NCBI RefSeq assembly: GCF_021028975.2
Contig: NC_059425.1
Span: forward strand, 112,530,001 to 112,594,000
Source: Sphaerodactylus townsendi
Lineage: Eukaryota
DNA: 64,000 nucleotides
Reading direction: 5' to 3'
Positions within the stretch are counted from its first letter, which is position 1; every line of letters starts with the position of its first letter. The notes beneath the pieces were generated by a model. That model was not told the DNA's origin. It did no database searches and saw only the letters and a program-made list of their open reading frames with translations. Positions 1 to 15,308 of this stretch are shown here, piece by piece. The position numbers and the translations under genes were made by a program.

Positions 1-2029
1 TCCAGGCAGGTATAAGCAGAAGAGAATTTGCTAGATCCAAAGTCTGCTTTGGAAAACATTGGAAGCAAACCTCAAAGAGGAGAAACAAAGCTAGCTTCAG
101 AGTCCAATGACAAGTCTGGATGAAAGTTGGAAAGAGAAAGGACTAAATGGTGCATTTCACAGGTAAGACAACTAATGGCATTTCTGTGATTCTGAGGAGT
201 GACAGAGAAATTAAAAACCTCATCCCTTCTTAGGTCTCAAACTTAATACCAATGAAGCCAATAACAGCATTAGCCTCAGCTGCAACATTTTAGTTGAATC
301 CATTTGTACTAAAGGGAGTTTTGTTTTATATGAAGCACAGTCTTGTTGAGAAATAATCTGTCCTAAGGCCAAACTACACATTACCTTTGACACTTATCAC
401 AGGTAATGTGGTGTTTGGCCCTGGGGAGTTTTGTTTGACTGAAATAATGTACTAGTGAAGAAATAGTCATTGCTAATGAGTGTCAGCCCAATAGACCATG
501 AAAAATAAGGAGAACTATGTTTGAGGCACAGCAATAAACAACGAATCACAGATGATTAGTATGGCTAAAAGACCTTCTCCAATGCAATGGACTGTTCATG
601 CGAATTGTCAGTCAAATTGAAACAACCTTCAGTGATAGAGAAATAGACTCACCTGTTTTGACTTGACACAAAAGTTCATAGGTGTTTTATTGAACTGTGA
701 CTGGAAAACAGGTTTTACCAGCAGAAACATAATTGTAGTTGCACAGTAGAACATTTAAATGAAGAACATTTAAATCAGCAGAACAGAGTAGGAAGGAACT
801 GACATATAATATGGTCTGACCCCTATTAAATGCAGAATCAGGAATTCTCAAGGAAACTATTCAAGCAGTTTGTCCTTTTGCCCTCCCCCATTGCCATAGC
901 CTCAAACCTACTGCTCTCTTACCCCAGAAGAGCAGCCTTTAAAATACCCATTGCATGAGAGTGATCATTTGTAATAAACATGTATTTGGACTTCTCTGCT
1001 ATTTTTTTTAAAATGCTCCCACCCATCCTCATGTTCAGCACAGTTTAAAATGTAGCACATTTAAAAATCAGAGTATGCAATAATAAAACAGAACAGAGTA
1101 AAAAATTATATATCTTTAAAAATAAAAACAAATCTTATAGACCTTTTGACAGATTTGTAAGTTGGGGTTCTCCATGGAATTGGAAAAAATTAGTGGATCT
1201 TTCAGCAGATATACATTCATCTGACCTGAGCTGGCACTCAGGTTCATACTAGGAAAGTTGGTCTAAATATGTAGATCCCAGGTTATAAGGCACTTTGAAA
1301 GTAAAAACAGCACCTTATTTGATCCAAGTAGCAAACGAACAGCCCATGAAATTATTTCAGAGTTGGTGCAATGTGCGCTAGGGTTGTGCACCATTGGGGG
1401 GCGGGTGGGGGGGGGGGTTCAGCTTTGTATTTAAAAGCCGAGCCCATCATTTGCTTATGTGCCACCTGCCACCTCCAAGCCCATGTGGACGTCAGAGGCG
1501 GCAGCAGCAGCACTGCAGAACTGAACACAGGGCTCTGCTTGGCTAGGCTCAGCATTTATCTCTTTATCGCCACCATCTCTAAGGTCATGTGAACTCTGGA
1601 GGTGGCGGCAGCAGGCAGCAGGCAGCAAAGCTCAGTTGGCCTGAAAATTTCTCCCAAAATTTCAAGATGCACATTTTGGCTCCTTTATATTACTGCCATT
1701 TTTTGAGATAAAAAAGCCTGCCAAACAATAGCAGGAATGGTTTGGTACCTGTCCCCCTCAAAGAATTGGAGTCACCAGATATTGTGGGTAGTTTGAGAGG
1801 CAAAATTTCCTTGTGTGATTCAGCCTATGAGAAAGTTGAAAACAGAAGTCTACTAAAAGTTGCTGCATCATTGATTGGCAAACATTTTATTGCACAAGAC
1901 GCCCACCCTTTGTTCCCTGTGGCAACAATGTGGGATTAGCCAGACATTTTGGGACTGAGCAGGGATCTTTGGATTCGTTATCTGATTTTTTAGGTCCGTA
2001 TCTTGTTTGCAGTTATGAGGTTGTTTTAT

Positions 2030-2580
2030 TTATTTATTTATTTTATATCCTACCTTGCATCCTAATGGGGCTCCAAAGCTGCTTGCATCATTCTCCCCTC
2101 CTCTGTTTTATCCTCACAACAACTCTATGAGATAGGTTGGACTGAGAGTCTTTTACTGGCCCAAGGTCACCCAGCAAGCTTCCATGTCACAAGTGGGGAT
2201 TTGAATCTTGATTTCCCAACTCCTAGGCCCTTTCTGTGCGGCCCCGAGCAGTGCGAAGGCGCCGCTTTCCACCTCTCTTACCGAGGGAGGTTTTTTGAAA
2301 GCGCTGCCTTCCCATCGGCCCAGTGCGAACAGCATCACGCCAAAGACGCTGTTTCCTGTCCCTCCCCCACTCACCTCCATTGGGCTGGAGGTCGGAGGGC
2401 AGCCGCCCCGTGCGGAGCCGCCTCTTCTGTGCTGGCCTCTGCGGGGGCCGCTCGCACGCTCCCATGCGAACGGCCCCCTCCCCTCCACCGGCATAATTTC
2501 TGCCGGTGGAGAAGTGCCCTTTCCACCGTGCAGAAAGGGCCCTAGTCTGACACTTTAACCCTTACACCACACTGGCTCCC
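2030..2580 (-). mobile_element. Squam3-like tRNA-derived SINE split by a MITE
   Basis: Tail (ttta)n and body cccaaggtcacccagcaagcttcca at 2030-2222; head resumes at 2545-2580 (revcomp gggagccagtgtggtgtaagggttaa). Confidence 0.75.
2226..2541. mobile_element. PIF/Harbinger-like MITE
   Basis: TIRs GGCCCTTTCTG...CAGAAAGGGCC; 3-bp TSD CTA (2223-2225 / 2542-2544); CpG-rich. Confidence 0.8.
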
Positions 2581-2630
2581 TGGATTATATGATTAGCCCT
2601 GACAGGTTTGTAGAACCCTAGGCACTAGGA

Positions 2631-3113
2631 CAGTGATGGCGAACCTTTTTGAGACCGAGTGCCCAAATTGCAACCCAAAACCCACTTATTTATTGCAAAG
2701 TGCCGACACGGCAATTTAACCTGAACACTGAGGCTTTAGATTAGAAAAAACGTTTGGCTCCGAGGCGTGCGTTACTCGGGAGTAAGCTTGGTGGTAGTCG
2801 GTGGCTTTGCTTTGCAACTCTTCCAACAGGTGAGTCACGACCCTAGGAGGGTTTACTCAGAAGCAAGCCCCATTGCCAGCAATCGAGCTTACTCCCAGCT
2901 CGCTTTAGTTCTTTGCATGAACAGTGGGGTTTAACAGCGCTTAAAAGGGTTACCTACACTGCTTTTCCACAACTAGGTCTTAGGTTTAATGCTAATAATC
3001 GAGCCCAGCAGCCCAGGCCAGCCTAGATGTGTGGGGGGGGCACTCTGCACATGCCCACAGAGAGGGCTCTGAGTGCCACCTCTGGCACCCGTGCCATAGG
3101 TTCGCCACCATGG
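2631..3113. mobile_element. hAT (Charlie-like) MITE
   Basis: TIRs CAGTGATGGCGAACCT...AGGTTCGCCACCATGG; perfect 8-bp TSD CACTAGGA (2623-2630 / 3114-3121). Confidence 0.88.
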
Positions 3114-4332
3114 CACTAGGACCCAGCGGGAGCCTTCTGAAAGGAAGAAGGTCCAGGAAGTGGTGGCAGATTAATTCACATTCCAGTGAGATCTTTTGGT
3201 GAGACAGAATATAGTATACTATAAGCCAGTTTGCATCAGGCTACAAAATACTTGCGCTTGCCAGGATTTTTGTGAAAAAGCGTTGAACCAGGCAGATCCA
3301 GTAAAGCAGTTCTTAGTCTCATGTTCTCAGGCTAACATGCATAGTCAAGATCCCTTAACACAAAGCAGTTATTCATTCATTGTTTAGAAAAATCCAAAGA
3401 TGCATGTATTTTAGTATCATGAATTTAAAACACATTGACAGACCACAGATGATCTAACAAAAAAAATGCAGAACATGAAAGATTAAAGTCAGACTATCAC
3501 TATTGTGAAACAAGAGATGTTTGTGTTTATTTTTATTGGTGGAGGAGGGAGGGAGTATGGAAAAATTGACTATGTCAGTGTAAAATTGTCTTCATTAGAT
3601 ATAGCAAACTTGTTATGTTTAGATCCTAAACTGTCTTGTAAACAAACTGTAAGAGAGTAGGACATAGTCTATGTCTTGGCTGTTTTAGGCCCAGCAATGT
3701 TGTAATCAATTGAGTAGCTTTTTGTAATTTTTGAAATATATGTATATATTTTTTAAAAATACGTTTAAATGTAACAATTCCAATATTGTAAATGAAAATG
3801 TGTAAGTAAATCAAACAATTTCTACTGAATTCTTAAAAGCCAAATATTTAATTTTAAAAGTTTGTTCATCAGTATGTGGGTATTTTAATGGAAATTATAT
3901 CTTAATATAATATATATCTTTCTAGTTGTTTACAAAATTAATCATAGCTGTCATTACCAAACTGTTTCAAAAGTAGTTTAGTGATTATCATCAAATTTCC
4001 TATCTCTCTCCACCATCAGTCCAGTTAGTTTTCATCACACTTCTACATTTGTGCCATATTGCAATAATTTTTAAGGCCTTCCTTAATCACCATATTCCGA
4101 TTGTAGGACCTAACATACAAATCAATTTTTATAAACATTTTGAATTCGTTCAGTTTTCGGGTTGTCATTTTCTTCTATAGATTCATTTTCTTGGATTCTT
4201 AAAATACACCCTGGAATATAGTTGGATGTCTTTTGCAAGAAGTCTTCAATGCCAGTGAAGCCACTTAGCAGTTTCTCATGTTTTCCTTTCTTCTTTCTTG
4301 TTTCTGTATCTGGAGCCCAAGGCAACTGGTAA

Positions 4333-4683
<351 letters not shown>

Positions 4684-7009
4684 TAAGACATCTGGTGGAC
4701 GTTTTAAAGAGAGGTGACTTGTGGTGTGTTTTCTGGACAGAAAAGGCATCAGAGGAAAAGAGGCTGTCTCCCACCTGACCATTTTGCTCTCTGGGCACTT
4801 TCACCCAACATTTTGTGTGCAGCTGCCGCCATTTGTTGAAGGTTACCTCAGGATGTTTTCCCTGCAGGCTCTCATCTTGAGTACCTTTTCATCCCAAAGC
4901 ATACATATTTGTACACAGCTTGTTCTGCTGATTCTGGCAATATATAGTTTTTTTTTCCTTACTGTACAGAGGAATGAAGTTGGTCTGCAGAGGACAGATA
5001 TACTCAGTGCTTCTCAATGGGAGGTAGATTGGTCTTCCAAGCAGCTAAGATTCTCATATTCTTGTATTCGTATGTCTGTGTAGCCACAGAGATACCGCAT
5101 AGAAAAATTAAAAAAACAGGAAGACTATATATTGGCAGAATTGGCAGAATGAGCTGAGTACAACAAAGTCATTTTTGGGCTGAAAAGGTGCCCAGAATCA
5201 AAGCCTGCAGAATAAAGATTCTGTGTGGGAAAACATGCTGTGCCAGAGATGGTCTTAGTGATTCTGGGGGCCTGGGCAGAACTGGGGAATGAGGCACTGT
5301 GGGAAGGCCCACCTGTGTCCCCAGCCCCCAAAGGAGGATGGGAGGAAGAAAGAGTTGGCTTAACTAGATACCTCCTCCTCTCCTGAATCAGTGGCTTCAG
5401 GGCTTGACTGGCTAGCCTTGTGTTTTGTACTATACGGGCAGCTTCAAGGCTGGCTGACTGACTGTCACCATCCTATTGAGGCAACTGACTTCAGGGGCAG
5501 TGCCCCCCCCCTTCCCCAGTGTGGGACCCAGGTCAGTTGCCCCAGAGACCCAGTGCCTAAGTCCATTTTGGCTCATTTACTAAGCTTCATTGCCTCCCTT
5601 TATCTTATTCTTAGAGCATTTCTGATTAATGGCTCTTCAATCGTCCCTTAAAGCCTTCAAGGAAAGAATATCTACCGCCTTCCTAGGTGGCTTGTTCCAT
5701 TGCTACAGTTCTCTTTTCATATTGCTATAACATATTTCTACAAATATAAATCCATTGCTCATTGTCCTGTTCTTCGTACTTCTGATAACCAGGTAGCCTT
5801 CTAATCTAATGTTAAATATTTGGACTCAGCTTTTGTCCTTTTTCACCCACTTCCTGTCCTTTCCCCCACTCAGTATTTACCAGCTTTTTAATAAATAAGC
5901 AGTATGCATAGATAAGGGCTGTGACAGGACAGTGATTTTTATAAAAGTGGATAGGGAAATTTGAACACTTGAGACATTTGCTGTGAAAACATGGTGCAGT
6001 TGTCAATGCTAATATGAGACTGATGTCAACAAAAACTTGCCCTGGGCTGTTGATTAAATTATTCATGCAGTTTATTTATATAATGCCTCTTAAAACTAAA
6101 GGTGTCTTGAGCACACAGTGTAGTTGAACCTCTCTACTCATTAGCCTCTCACATTAGCTCTGAGACAATAACAAGCTATCTTGTTGGTTAACACTGAAAA
6201 GGATGCCTTGTAGCTTGAAGCCTATGGTACAAGGACTGGCTTGGTGATGGTATTTTGATGACAGTAGAAAAGGGATTATGATAAATGTATTTATATGCTT
6301 TGACCTCTGCAAATCCTAATGTTGTTTCAGTCAGGGACAGCTTTAGTCTGTGGTGCTCTCATTACCATTTCCATGGTGTACTTTGGCAGATGATGTACAG
6401 AGTATTACTGATGGCAGCCTAGACAAAACTCTAGTTGGTGTGGTTAGTTCTGTTCACTTATTTTATGGAATTTTTATTCTGCTTCTTGTCTATGAAGCAT
6501 AAAATATAAATTAAAATCAAGAAGGTTTTACTAAATCCCCTCAATAGATCAGAATACCAGTGGGCAAATCTCCAAACCTCAGTCTCAGGCAATAAGGGCT
6601 CTCATTTTCAAAGGGACGGTAATGGAATGAGAATACCTGCTTCTGAAATGAAACAAGTGTTGAGATCAGGTGAACCTGCTTGTGGAGAACATGGTAAAAT
6701 GCTTGTGAGACAGTAAAAAAACATATTCATTGCAGATACTAATCTTATTCATGGCATTAGCTAATCTTTGTTTTCTCAAAAATGGCAGCTTTTTCAGATT
6801 AGCAAATCTTAAACTGTGGGAGAGCTCATATTAGAAGTGGGGCTGTGGCTTCAGGGACTAGAGTTTAGCTCAATAGCAGAGTACCTCTTTCTCCTACAGA
6901 AGGTCCCAGGTTCAATCCTCAGCATATCCAATGAAAAGGGTTGGATCATAGGTTATATGAAAGACCACTGCCTTGGATCCTGAAGATCTGCTTCCAGTAC
7001 TGCCAGTAT

Positions 7010-7915
7010 CAGGGACATAGGTATAGATTTTTATGGGGGGGGGCATGCCCCCACCTGCCCCACCCACCCCTGGGGGTGTGACCACACCTCCCCAAGCCCT
7101 ATGCCTTGCCTCAGTACTTATAAAAGCAGCTCTCCAAGGCCAGGGACGGCAGACTCCCATGCCTCGCTTGCCCCCCCCCCACTGGCTGGGCTCCCAGCTG
7201 GCAGTCCCTTCTGCCCTCTGGGGCCTGGTGCAAAATGGAGCCTGGTGCAAAATCTGAGTTTTGGGGGGGGGGGCATGGGTGATGGCTGTGATGCTGGAAT
7301 CTACCCCCAAACAGCATAATTGTAAATGGTGTTTAAACTAGGGAGCCCAGATTCTCCTTTTAAATCCACCTTAAAGGGAGAATCATTGAAAGTGATTCTG
7401 TTTGGGGGTGGATTATCCCACACCCTGAAACAGCATCACTTTCAATGTTTAAACTGGGGAAGGGGGTGGATTTAAAAGGAGAATCTGGGGAAATTTGGAG
7501 GGTGCCTGCTGTCAGAGGTGCAATTGTTAAGCTAGCAGCACCAACTTTCACAATATCTTTAGGAGACTCTCCTGATGATACCACCCAGGTTTGGTGAAGT
7601 TATGGACCTTCAAAGGTGTAGCCCCCATCTCCTATTATCTCCCATTGGAAACAATGGGGGAAGGGGGCACCCCCTTTGGGAGTGCATAACGTTGGACTCC
7701 CTGAACCAAACCTCACCAAACTTGGGTGGTATCATCAGGAGAGTCTCCAAAAAAATCTCTGAAATTTTAGTGCTGATAGCCTAAAAACTGCACCCCCTGC
7801 AGGTCAAAAACTGGAAAAACACTTAAAAATACAAAAAACCACAATCGGGGGCGGAGCTTCGGACATGTAATGGGAGGGGTTTAAACCTGGGAAACCCCCC
7901 TTACCTATGTCCTTG
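7010..7915. mobile_element. Non-autonomous hAT-like element inserted in a tRNA-derived SINE
   Basis: TIRs CAGGGACATAGG...CCTATGTCCTTG; imperfect 8-bp TSD gccagtat/gccaatac; same family at 63657-64000; internal part shared with 55621-56291. Confidence 0.75.
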
Positions 7916-8382
7916 GCCAATACTGACTTTGATAGATCAAAGTTCTGACTCAGTTCATTTGTGAGAGTTTTAAATACTGATCCAAAAGTGTTTGCCTTGA
8001 TAATTTGCAGATACTGCAGAGATAGGCCAACTGGGCATATTTTGAGACCTAGTGTGCTCCACTGTTAGGGCTTGTGTGAAACCTTCTTCAGGCCTGGTTC
8101 CAATACATGACACTATACATTCAAAACACAGTCAGCATGTTTTGAATTGCAGCACTTTGTTTTTATCCTGTAAAAAGAATGACCCTATAGCGGTTGTAAT
8201 GTGTGACATGACATCTGTTTCTAAAAATAAGTTCCAGACCTATCTGCCCACACCAGTGATTCCAAACTTAGTGGTCTGGTGACAAAAGCTATAAGTCTAA
8301 AGTGAACATAAATACAATCCTTTGTTAATCAGCCATGTAAGATCACTTTGGTCTAATAGGGGGCTTTTTGTTTCCTTTCCAG

Positions 8383-8694
8383 CTTTACCAGGAGGTAAAA
8401 TTAAGGCGTGAGAGCAACATGAATGCCTTCGATAATAAGGCCATTCATAGCAAGACACAGCAGCAGTTTGTACATTCCTCCACGTCAGAATGGAGTGACA
8501 TGCCAGGACTCAACTGTTGTTCACAAGACAAAGATAGTTTGCTTACTAAGGCAGAAAAAGCAAGCAAGGACACAAGAAACCAGAGAAAAAATCATGTTTT
8601 TGTAAAGGATAATCTGACCTTTGAAAATAACAAGGATGTTGAAGATTGTTCAGGCTTGAAAACAACCAAGAATTACACTCAGGATCTTAATATT
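8383..8694 (+). CDS. KIAA0408: KIAA0408 coding exon 2 (LYQEVKLRRES...TQDLNI)
   Basis: Acceptor tttcctttccag, donor ATT|GTGAGT; 312 nt, phase 0-0, open frame. Confidence 0.9.
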
Positions 8695-9823
8695 GTGAGT
8701 AAATTGGAAATGAGTGTTTCACTGAGGATGAATGTAGCTCCTGGCTGCAACCTGTGTCGCATCAACATCTTCTTATAAATGGTTATTCAGTGGTTAGTCT
8801 TAATAGATGTAGCTCATGTGGGTCAGTTGTGAGTCAACTGGTCAGTAGCAAGATCAGGACAGCTTGACCTGAGTTGAAGTGTGGAAGCACAGTAAATACA
8901 GATATCTGGAAAATTATCACCCCACTTTGATTTACCCTCCAAGTATATTTATATATCTAATCCTTCATCACCTTCTAATTTCTGTCATTTAAAAAAACGA
9001 CAAACTTTAATCATTCATCAAAATGAATATAATCTAGCTTCCCTACAAGTTATAGTTTGGAAAGGAGCTCATGATGGAACCATGGTTTTCATTAATCCAG
9101 ATTTACATTGTTTCACATGCAATATGAAAGCCATGGTTAGCAGTGAGAAGAGAATGATGGATGAAAGGCACAAGTGTCTTGATTGGTAAACAGTGGCATA
9201 TAAGACAATGGTCCTTTCTGCACAGCCTTTTTAAGACCTCTTGGGGATGTCTTTAAGAAAAAAAGCATCTGCTGACTTTTTGTCCAGACAGCATAGACAA
9301 ATAGAGCACTAGAGGAGACAGCAGGTCCCCCCCTCCTTTTCTGCTGCTTGAATTCTCTGTGTCACTCACCATTTGCTGACGGTTTCCCCTGGAGGTTTCC
9401 TCTGTTTGCATCATGCCTTCAGCAAATGGGTGGCAGGGAAAATCGCTGAAGTGGCAGCAGATGGTTGGCATGAGCTGTGGAGAAAACGAAAGTGGAAGTT
9501 TTAAACTTGGGCAGGAAAAACAAAATGGGTTGCTCTCCACACAGCATGGGGGAAGTGTATTTATGCTGTCTTGGGTAAAAAAGATTGCTAGTTTAGCATT
9601 TTCACAAAATGATGAGTTGAGCTGAAATAACATGTCCTGAAGGCATCTTTGGGGGAAAATCTATATGGAGTTCCTTCCCAAGACACTTCTTTTAACATCC
9701 TTGGGACATTTTATTTGTGCTGCGCAGAAAGGGTCGTTTTTAGCACTGACCCTGTATCTCAGACATGTCTTTGTGGTGTGCCCTGTTTTCATTCGTTCTG
9801 ACTTGTATTGCAACGAAGTGTAA

Positions 9824-9967
<144 letters not shown>

Positions 9968-11460
9968 TAAAATAGTCAAATTTTAACAAAAATACACTGA
10001 GGACAAATTAATAAGAAACACTGGAGAATATTTAGAGAAATGTGTAACATTCTTTAGCCCTTAGATGTTTTTTCAATGTTGCAACATAGAGCCATATATG
10101 TGCTTAACTGATATTTTATAAGGCTAAAGATTTTAAGCTGTGCTACAGCTATGTAGGAATGGCATTGGTAATAGATATACCCAGGTCACACTAAGTTCTG
10201 ACCAGCTGGATCTTTTCTGAAGACAACCGCATTCTGCCATTTTATGCATAGAAGTGAAACTACTCCACAGTCCTTTTTTCTAGCAAATTCCTCTTAAAGG
10301 CTTCCCCCTGACATAGTTTCTGAACAGTCCTTTGACTTTTAAATTGCCTGCACAGCTAGAGCAGAAAGAAGCGCTGGTTTTATTTCTTTGCCACCAATCC
10401 AAAGAAAGTTATTCTTGCCCAGGGACCATAGAGATCAACAGTAACAACAGCTGTAGCTCACTTAAGTCTGTTGTGATTTCACTGGGGCTTTAACCTCATT
10501 GATTCTGCATTCTAGATTAGGCTCTTATGCAAATTATTAGTGCTTTGGTAGTCCAACAATTATTGTAGTTGATTAAAAAGTTTTCCCACACCGGCATATT
10601 TTTTATGAGGAAAAAAGATAATCACATACTATATAGCAGGGATCTACAACAGGTGGAAACCAGTAGCTCACCAGCTGCTCAAGAGTAGCTTGTGCATCCT
10701 CCAGAAGACCCAGGAAAAGATTGTAAAAATATCTACTCTAGTATCTAAACAAACACATTTATTTTTCATAGGATTTTTTTCTGTTCTGTTTAGCTGATAG
10801 GCTATTTTTTAAATGCTCTTCCAAGTCCATGTTCTGTTTCTACAGAAGACAGAAAACATGACTGGGGTAGCAAGCAGTTTGAATTGCTTTTTATTGCTCA
10901 GAAGTAGCTGTGATTTAAAAAAAAAGTTGATAATCCCTGTTGTACATGTAAGGCAGCTGCCCTTAGAGATGCAGGTGAACACCTAGTATAGTCAGAATAA
11001 GGTTTCTAAGACATGTGGAGCAATGTCATGTAAAACTATGTCATAATATTTCTTAATTGTTCATGAGGTGTCTTGACATGTGTTTAAAAGGGATGGGTTT
11101 AAGGACAGTTGTTTGGAATGTCATTATAATTCTTATGGAATCATGTGGTATCAGAGGGCTTTGTATGTAAGGGCGTTAAATGCAGTAATGTTGCTTCCAA
11201 CTCATGACAACCCTACGAATCAAAGTCCTCCAAAATGTGCTGTCATTCACAGCCTTGGGCAGGTTTTGCAAACTGGGCGCTGTGGCTTTTTAAAAATAGA
11301 ATCAGAGGGCTTTAGGGAGCCCGTAAAAGAATGTGTCTTGATTTCAAATTTTACTTTGAGCTGAAATAGTTCTGACAGGCTTGCAGGTCTGATGTATCTA
11401 GTGGATTAAAAAAAATAAAATGCTGGTTTATTAATTAAAATGGTTTTCTTATGTGTGCAG

Positions 11461-12805
11461 AAAAAAGTTTCTTCCTTCCATGGAAGAATCTGCAGAAGGT
11501 GAAACTGCACCAGTTATGCCAGAGATGAATCATGTATGCAACAGTGACCCACAAACTGCTTTAATTGCGTTTGAAACGGAAAAACAAAATAACAGGAAGA
11601 ACTTGATGGGCATCAACAGGTGTCGGAAGGACAGTGCTCGTGAGGGTGCTGAGAAAACAGACTTTTTGCCATGGCAAAGGAACGAAGCTCCTCCTGTGCC
11701 CCCGAGAAGCACTTCTCGGCATCTGACAAGCTCTCTCTCTGCAGCTGTCCAACTTTCTGAGGCATTAGCAAAAGATCCAGAGCACAGAAACCATTGTCAA
11801 ACCCGGCGGAATCATGATAGCAATACTTTTAATAATCCAACTGTTTCAAAGCTATGTGATGCTCCAGAGCCACCAGCAAATGAATGGAAATCTGTTTGTG
11901 GTCTGGCACTGGTTACTTCGGTGCCCATGGAAAAAAGAGATCTGTCCACTGAATGCAAGCTGTCGGTGGGATTTTGTCATAACACCTGGACCTGCAAACC
12001 AAGCAAAACTGGAAATTTCACTAAGAATGACTCTGCCCCACACTCTGTCCAAAAGAGTTGTTCTGATGGAAATATGATGGACTCAAAGCAACATCCTGAA
12101 TACCAAGGCAGTGGGTGTTACTCCACTGACTTTTACACACCTGTGTGTGACACACTGGGTGACTCTGGATATGGAACTGCAAAGACTCAACGGAATGAAA
12201 CACTGGAAGCAAAGATTGATGAGTTTAACAGAACTGTGTTTCATACGGATCAAGGCCAAAAGTGTCCACCCAAGAGCCAAATGCTACCAAGACCATCTGG
12301 TAATCCTACCTCCCATGATGTACTGCAGGACTGTTTGAAGAACAGGACAGAAGCAAACAAAGATGTTACAGATGCTTTGGATCCCAGACTGTCTTTGAGA
12401 ATGAAAGAGAAACCCAACCATTTCAGCAAAAACACCAAAGGAACAGGACAACAAAAACAAGTTAATGGACTTCTGAGTAGCTATCAAAATATGCTTCAGG
12501 AGCATGATTGGAAGCCAAGTAATTTGTCTGGTCGCCCACGATCAGCTGATTCAAGATCAAACTATGGTGTTGTTGAAAAGCTTTTGAAGAACTATGAAAA
12601 ATCAACCTCTTTGTGCAATTCAAAGTTTCACAAAGATAAGTGGGTACAGTCAAACTCCACATTTGCTGGTGGCCGCTGTGAGATGGTGGGCCATTATTTT
12701 GAAATGCTCCAGACAGACCTAGGAAAGCAGGAGCTGCAGAAGAATTCAACCAGGCATGTTGGGCTTTATGCCAAACAAGACAGAGAGAAGCAGAAATTTC
12801 CTGAG
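11461..12805 (+). CDS. KIAA0408: KIAA0408 coding exon 4 (large exon; APPVPPRSTS, LEAKIDEFNRTVF, RPRSADSRSNYGVVEKLL)
   Basis: Acceptor tgtgcag, phase 2 completes the Arg codon from exon 3; donor GAG|GTAAGA; lies inside the 454-aa ORF. Confidence 0.93.
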
Positions 12806-12851
12806 GTAAGAATTTAAAATTAACGACTTTATTTTTTTTTAATAAATCAGA

Positions 12852-13078
12852 TGAGAGTCAGTGTAGTGTAGTAGTTAGGGTTTTAGAACAGGGTCTGGGA
12901 GACCTGGGTTTGATTGGCCACTGTGCCATGGAAGTTTTCTGGGTGACTTTGGGCCTGTCACATAGTCTCGGGCCAACTTAACCTGACATATGTTGTTGTA
13001 AGGATAAAAGGAGAAAGAGGAGAATGTTGTAAATCACCTTGGGTCCCCTTGTGAGAAATGAGGGGTATAATTAAGAAA
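12852..13078 (+). mobile_element. Squam3-like SINE
   Basis: tRNA-like head gagagtcagtgtagtgtagtagttagg, B-box-like gggtttgattgg, body ctgggtgactttggg, tail ggggtataa. Confidence 0.7.
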
Positions 13079-15308
13079 TATATAGTGAATAGTATCAAGC
13101 AGTGCTTTTCAAACTGTGAGTCAGGGTCTAAAAGTGTGTTGCAACTTTCTCAAAGACTTGATTTTAAGGTCAGGAAAGAGGAAGGGCAACAGGGAGAGCT
13201 GGGAGAGGACACAATAAAAATATAAACTTGTTCAGCATTTTACGTTGTTGAATTAAAAAGCTGTTTGGAGTAACTTTACAAGAGGGTCCCAAAGACTGCT
13301 GCAAATTTAGAAGTAGGCCCCAGAAGTATATTAAATTCAGAAATAGATCCTACTTCAAAAAATTGAGAACCACTAATGTAAGTTATTAATGTCCTACCTT
13401 CCCTATATATACATCAATCACTCAATCAATCAACTTAGCCCAAGATCATCAGAGTTTGGAATGTATAAACAGGGTTGGTCACAGTTGGTACTGGAATGGG
13501 ATACCATCAAGGAAGACCTGCCATGGCATGACATGAGGCAGGTGTAATGGTTAAAACCATCTTACTCCATTCATCAGCAAAACACATGCAAAGTTTCTAT
13601 GCCAGCAGTCACCTGCCTGCGTTTCTGCTGATGCATGAGTTAAAAGCCTTTGCATGCAACAGGCCTCCCTGTTGATTGTTGCCTTAGGAAATTGCTATTG
13701 TGGCAGTCTTCATGTTGATCTGCAGTATTTAAATTGTCTCTCAGTTATGTAAAATAGGAATAACAAGTGGGTTGACATCATTGTCTCACTCTCAATCTCC
13801 CATTCTAGCAGCAGGAACATCCTTTCTTTAGTGGGGGCATTGCACCCCATGAAGTCCCCGCCTTCCTCAAACCCTGCCCTCAGGCTCCATTTCCAAAATG
13901 ATACTGAGGTTTGGAACCCTCTGTGAAAGTCTTGTGAGATCTCAGTGGCATTATATTTTTAAAGAAGCAGATATTGCTATTTAAAGAACCCCATCCCCAT
14001 TTCCAGGTTTATAGAAAACCTATGTATATAAAATCTGTATTCAGGAGTCAGTGTTCAAAATTAGATATATAGATTTTGCTGGAGAATCTAAGGTTGAATC
14101 AGACACCTTACAAGCAGTAACTGTTGAGAAGTTCAGTCCTATGTGAATGTACTCATAAGCATGACATATTGATTTACCCCTAACTTGCACTGCAATCCTA
14201 AATGGAGTTATGCCCTTCTAAATCCATTGACACCAGTGGGCTTAGAAGGGTGTAATTCCATGTAGGATTGCAAAGTAAGTCTGCAAAAGGTAGAATTCTT
14301 ATCCCAGAGTAAGCACCAATGCACCCAGTGGGATTTATTTCTAAATAAACAGCCTTGAAATTTAGCTTTTTCTAAAAATAGAATCATAATAAATCTAGCT
14401 AACATAGTGTATGCCCAAATTCCAGTCTGCAGCCCTTGATACTGCTCAGTGAATGTTACCTAGTCAATGGACAGAACAAAACTACCTGCATGCATTTCGA
14501 TGCTCACCTTTTGAAGGCACTGCAGTAGCTCTGACATGCAAGTATCTGTATATCCTCTGTGTACACTAAAGCTATTGAACCAACAAGGTTCAATATTGGC
14601 CGGAATTGGGGACACCCCTTGGTATAGCAGCATTCAGAAAATATTTTGCAAATAATGGCAATTGAAAGGAGCAGCATCATAGAGTAACAAGGTAAATCGC
14701 CACTGATGATCCTGCCCAGTTCTTTAAACTAGCCGCTTTTGAAAACAAATAATGCCTGGTGTAATTGGTAATGGTTTCATGCTTATTCTTAAATTGGAGC
14801 TTCTCTTGGAGACAAGATATACAGTTTGTGTGACAAGCAGATTGATGGTGTATTGTTTTCTTTCACTGATACATGCACTGAAAGTGTCCCACTTATTTTA
14901 CTAGTGTCATTCAATTTATTTCATTTGAAGTCCTTGTAAATGGAGATGATGAGCAACTATAAGATGCAGATCAGAGTCAGTTGTTCGCTGTCTGTTTACT
15001 GAATGTCAATAGCCTAGATAGCACAACAACTTCACTGTTCAATTTTGTTTTTTTAATTGCAACTACTTTTGATCAAAGTCCCTATTCATTAACCTGCTAT
15101 TCTTGAGAATGGCATAACACATTATGTTTAATTCTGTTATTGCTTTGTTAACATTTGTATTGATCACAGCCAGTAGTGGTTTGATTTAAAGGGAGAGGGG
15201 CTATGCAACCTTTTCACCCTTGCCTTACATGCTGGTTGAAATCTTTACCAAACTACCTTTCTTTCCCCTGGGGAAAATTTACACTTGAGGTTTCCCTGCA
15301 GAGCCAAA